Shown here one piece after another: positions 61,601 to 64,000 of a DNA stretch of 64,000 nucleotides. The DNA is from Balanoglossus misakiensis. Lineage: Eukaryota; Animalia; Hemichordata. The DNA lies in the NCBI GenBank assembly GCA_040954595.2, contig CM082578.2, positions 10,423,166-10,487,165 on the forward strand, written 5' to 3'. The stretch's first letter is position 1. Each line of letters begins with the position of its first letter. The notes below the pieces were generated by a model. The model was not told the DNA's origin and did no database searches. It saw only the letters and a program-made list of their open reading frames with translations. Both the position numbers and the translations under genes were made by a program.

Positions 61601-62192
61601 GCTGTGCGCCGCCAGCGACGCGCGGAAGCTGACGCTGAAAGAGTGGGCGCTGCACCAGGGAAGTTACTTCTTCCGCCAGTTGCAATTTCACCCGACACAC
61701 GTATGCTCGGACAAAATGTTCCGCGAAGAGATTGCTCCCAAAATCCGCAAGTCCAAATACTTGGGTCGAAACGCCCTCCACCCGCCCTGTTGGTACCAAC
61801 ACAAGATATACCTAGACGACGCCCTCAGCGAAACAGATAAGAATGCACTGCTGAAGTACACCGTGGACAATTTAGAGAACTGGTTCACAGTCATTGGTAT
61901 AACGGAAGAGTACCGGACAACGTTGAGCTTGCTACAGCAGGCCTACGACTTGCCATTTAGGGACTTGTGCTCAAATCTAATCTCCATGAAAGGTATGTAT
62001 AAGGTCGATGGCAAGCCCGCCTCCGCTCAGTCACGTGAGAAGCTCATTCAAGATTTGAAGGCAGAGCTACAAGCCGACCCGGAAGTAAACAGGACTCTGT
62101 ACTATGACGTGAAGATCTACGAGAAAGCGCGAGAAATTTTCGAAGAACAGAAGAAACAGTACTTCTCCATAACAGGGTTAAAAAATAAATAA
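55643..62192 (+). CDS. Golgi type II sulfotransferase, paralogue 3 (about 412-419 aa)
   Basis: Exon 1 from 55643, MYVWRRNIRLLVLIITLNVAVVLYIYHDAKE (signal anchor), with phase-2 donors after 55737 or 55758. A ~5.3-kb intron leads to exon 2 61049-62192 (cag|A-TCC-CCT) with HNQKSGGTT and IRDPYERLIS. The exon 1 link is inferred from phase and analogy to paralogues 1 and 2. Confidence 0.82.
57905..58252 (-). mobile_element. Degenerate 3' end of an L2/CR1-group LINE
   Basis: Minus-strand fragments LQNSCPSYIS / SRKLRSSHDITLIVPRFAT..GPKFMNSV..IRSATS / FNTQLKTVFF resemble the L2 ORF2 C-terminus. They are followed by the TAAAGCGCATAGAG...ATGCGCT stem-loop and a TTATTATTA tail. Confidence 0.6.
58295..58385 (-). 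tRNA. tRNA-Tyr(GUA) with 18-nt intron
   Basis: CCTTCGATAGCTCAGTTGGTAGAGCGGAGGACTGTAG-[intron 58348-58331]-ATCCTTAGGTCGCTGGTTCGAATCCGGCTCGAAGGA; intact A and B boxes; T8 Pol III terminator at 58292-58285. Confidence 0.97.
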
Positions 62193-63107
62193 ATTGTTTT
62201 TGAATTAAAGTGAACTATCGTGTCGACGTCATTTATATTTGTACACGCACTAGCTGTAAGTTATTATTCTACTTTATTTACCGTAAAGTCTCGTGAGCTG
62301 CGTTTTTACGGAAGTTCAATATACCGGATATTTTACCCTTTCTACCTCAACAACTTTTTTTCAGCTATATCAGCCTGTGAATTGTCATTGCCAAGATCAC
62401 AACTTGTCATGGTAAGCTGTGGCCAATTTTGCGTAGAGAATGTATAATGTGGTGGCTTAGCAGATATTTGGCACGCTACACCAAAATATCATAACAAATC
62501 CGTGTGTACTCATATTCCGTGACACTATGGCTGATATTTACTATATGGTACCTCGTAATAGTCAACATTGTGTCATGCGCAGGTGTTCTCGTCACGTTCC
62601 TTTCGGAAACCTTTATGCTTACACTAATGAAACACCACACAAGCCTATAGTTAAACTTCTGTTGATTCACAAGAGGTGCCCCAGCGAAACACAGGGTAAA
62701 TTTACATGTAATGCAGTCAAACTGTCCATAACCTGTTTTTACTGAAATGTCTTCACTTCTCGCCCAGCAAGCCCCATAAACTAGTACATATACAGTACTA
62801 CTAATGAACTAAATCTGGACCACGTGAAGACGACCTGGGTCTTATTGGTTTGTGGACCCATAGACCATAAGAGAATACTTGAACCGGTGATGTAGTACTG
62901 TAAACATTGGAGAAATAATCGGAAAGGAATATTATCATGCCACCCCTCTCACTGATACGATCAACTCGTCCTTGTGGCGAGCAACCACGTAGAATTGACG
63001 AAGTGAATTGGTCACTAGTACAACGACGTGTGGGCAAAGTGCAGTGGCTGTCACTGAATGAACGTTTTCAGCGACAGAATGACGGTTGTCTTCACAAGAT
63101 GACCGTA

Positions 63108-64000
63108 TCACCCAAAAAGGGCTTTCTTCTGATCTTCGAATACCTCAGTTGCCTTCTTGAATATCTCAACGTCGTATAGCAAAGCTCGACGCACATCCGG
63201 GCTGGACGCCAACCTCGATGTCAAGGTTCGAATGATGTCCACTTTGCTGTTTTCAGACTCTGCTTGGTCAGTGTACGCCGTTTCGCGGGCGAGAACTCCC
63301 GAGCAGACGTCATAAAAGGGTAGGTCGTAGGTCATCTGGAAAAATTTCAGGGAGGTGTCGAATTCCTCCGTCATCCCGATGACACCGAACCAGTTTTCGA
63401 AATTGCTGAGAATGTACCGGAGGAGGGTGAGCTTCTCGACGTCGGTGAGAGCGTCCTCTAACAACAGTTTGTGTCGGTACCAGCAGGGAAGGGAGGAAAA
63501 ATCTGGGATGACGTCGGTGTCGGTCTTGTTGCGGTAAACTGCCACCAGTTGATCGAACAGCTCTGACCTCATGCATATTTCAGTTGGTCTGAAGAGAAGC
63601 TGCCTGAAGAAGTAGCTACCTTGCTGGATCGCCCACTCCTCCAGCGAGAGCTCGGTTGTGTTCCCAGCTCGACACAGAGGGTCGTCTGCCGTCTTGCAGT
63701 ACTCGTAGCTGGATATGACTCGCTCGTAAGGGTCCCTCAACATGGCGAAATAAGAACAGTCGTCGTCATCGAAATCGTCGCAGATTCCGAAGGAACTCTC
63801 CCCGACGTAGCATTTCCGGTGTTTCGACTTCGAGCCCATCGCGTCCAGGATGTGCTCCGGGCCATTGCCGTCGAAGATGCCGGTGCACCTGTGGATGTTG
63901 CCGCCGTCCGCCATCATTTTCAAGCAAGTTTTGACGCTGCTGCCTCCCGACTTTTGATTGTGTACGAAAACCATGGTGCTAGAGTTGCCGCCGCCAGAAT
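63108..64000 (-). CDS. Golgi-type sulfotransferase, paralogue 4 (5' end outside the window)
   Basis: HNQKSGGSS, LRDPYERVISSYEYC, QGSYFFRQL, PCWYRHK, NWFGVIGMTEEF; stop at 63108. Convergent with paralogue 3. Confidence 0.88.
   Translation of the reverse strand, partial: SGGGNSSTMVFVHNQKSGGSSVKTCLKMMADGGNIHRCTGIFDGNGPEHILDAMGSKSKHRKCYVGESSFGICDDFDDDDCSYFAMLRDPYERVISSYEYCKTADDPLCRAGNTTELSLEEWAIQQGSYFFRQLLFRPTEICMRSELFDQLVAVYRNKTDTDVIPDFSSLPCWYRHKLLLEDALTDVEKLTLLRYILSNFENWFGVIGMTEEFDTSLKFFQMTYDLPFYDVCSGVLARETAYTDQAESENSKVDIIRTLTSRLASSPDVRRALLYDVEIFKKATEVFEDQKKALFG

Overview
Intron-rich animal genomic DNA, probably an invertebrate deuterostome; the organism cannot be fixed from sequence alone. 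The ORF track is mostly exon fragments, so gene models were rebuilt by hand from GT-AG sites and reading phase. In order: 5' part of a carnitine/acylcarnitine carrier (SLC25A20-like, -); GLOD5-like glyoxalase (-); USP4/USP15-like deubiquitinase (+, 20 exons); an intron-containing Leu/Val/Phe-dehydrogenase-family gene (-) head-to-head with a Pelle/IRAK1-like kinase (+) across a promoter carrying CRE and NF-kB motifs; a decayed Cys-loop (nAChR-like) receptor pseudogene; a secreted 2xLamG + 2xF-type-lectin protein; and four HS6ST-like Golgi sulfotransferase paralogues, one with an intronic tRNA-Tyr. Several MITE-type insertions have recognisable target-site duplications. The most striking observation is a tandemly duplicated 122-nt exon in the dehydrogenase. 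One copy encodes the catalytic GGGK motif and the other GGGT, and including both breaks the frame. This suggests mutually exclusive splicing between an active enzyme and a pseudoenzyme, but expression of the second copy is untested.
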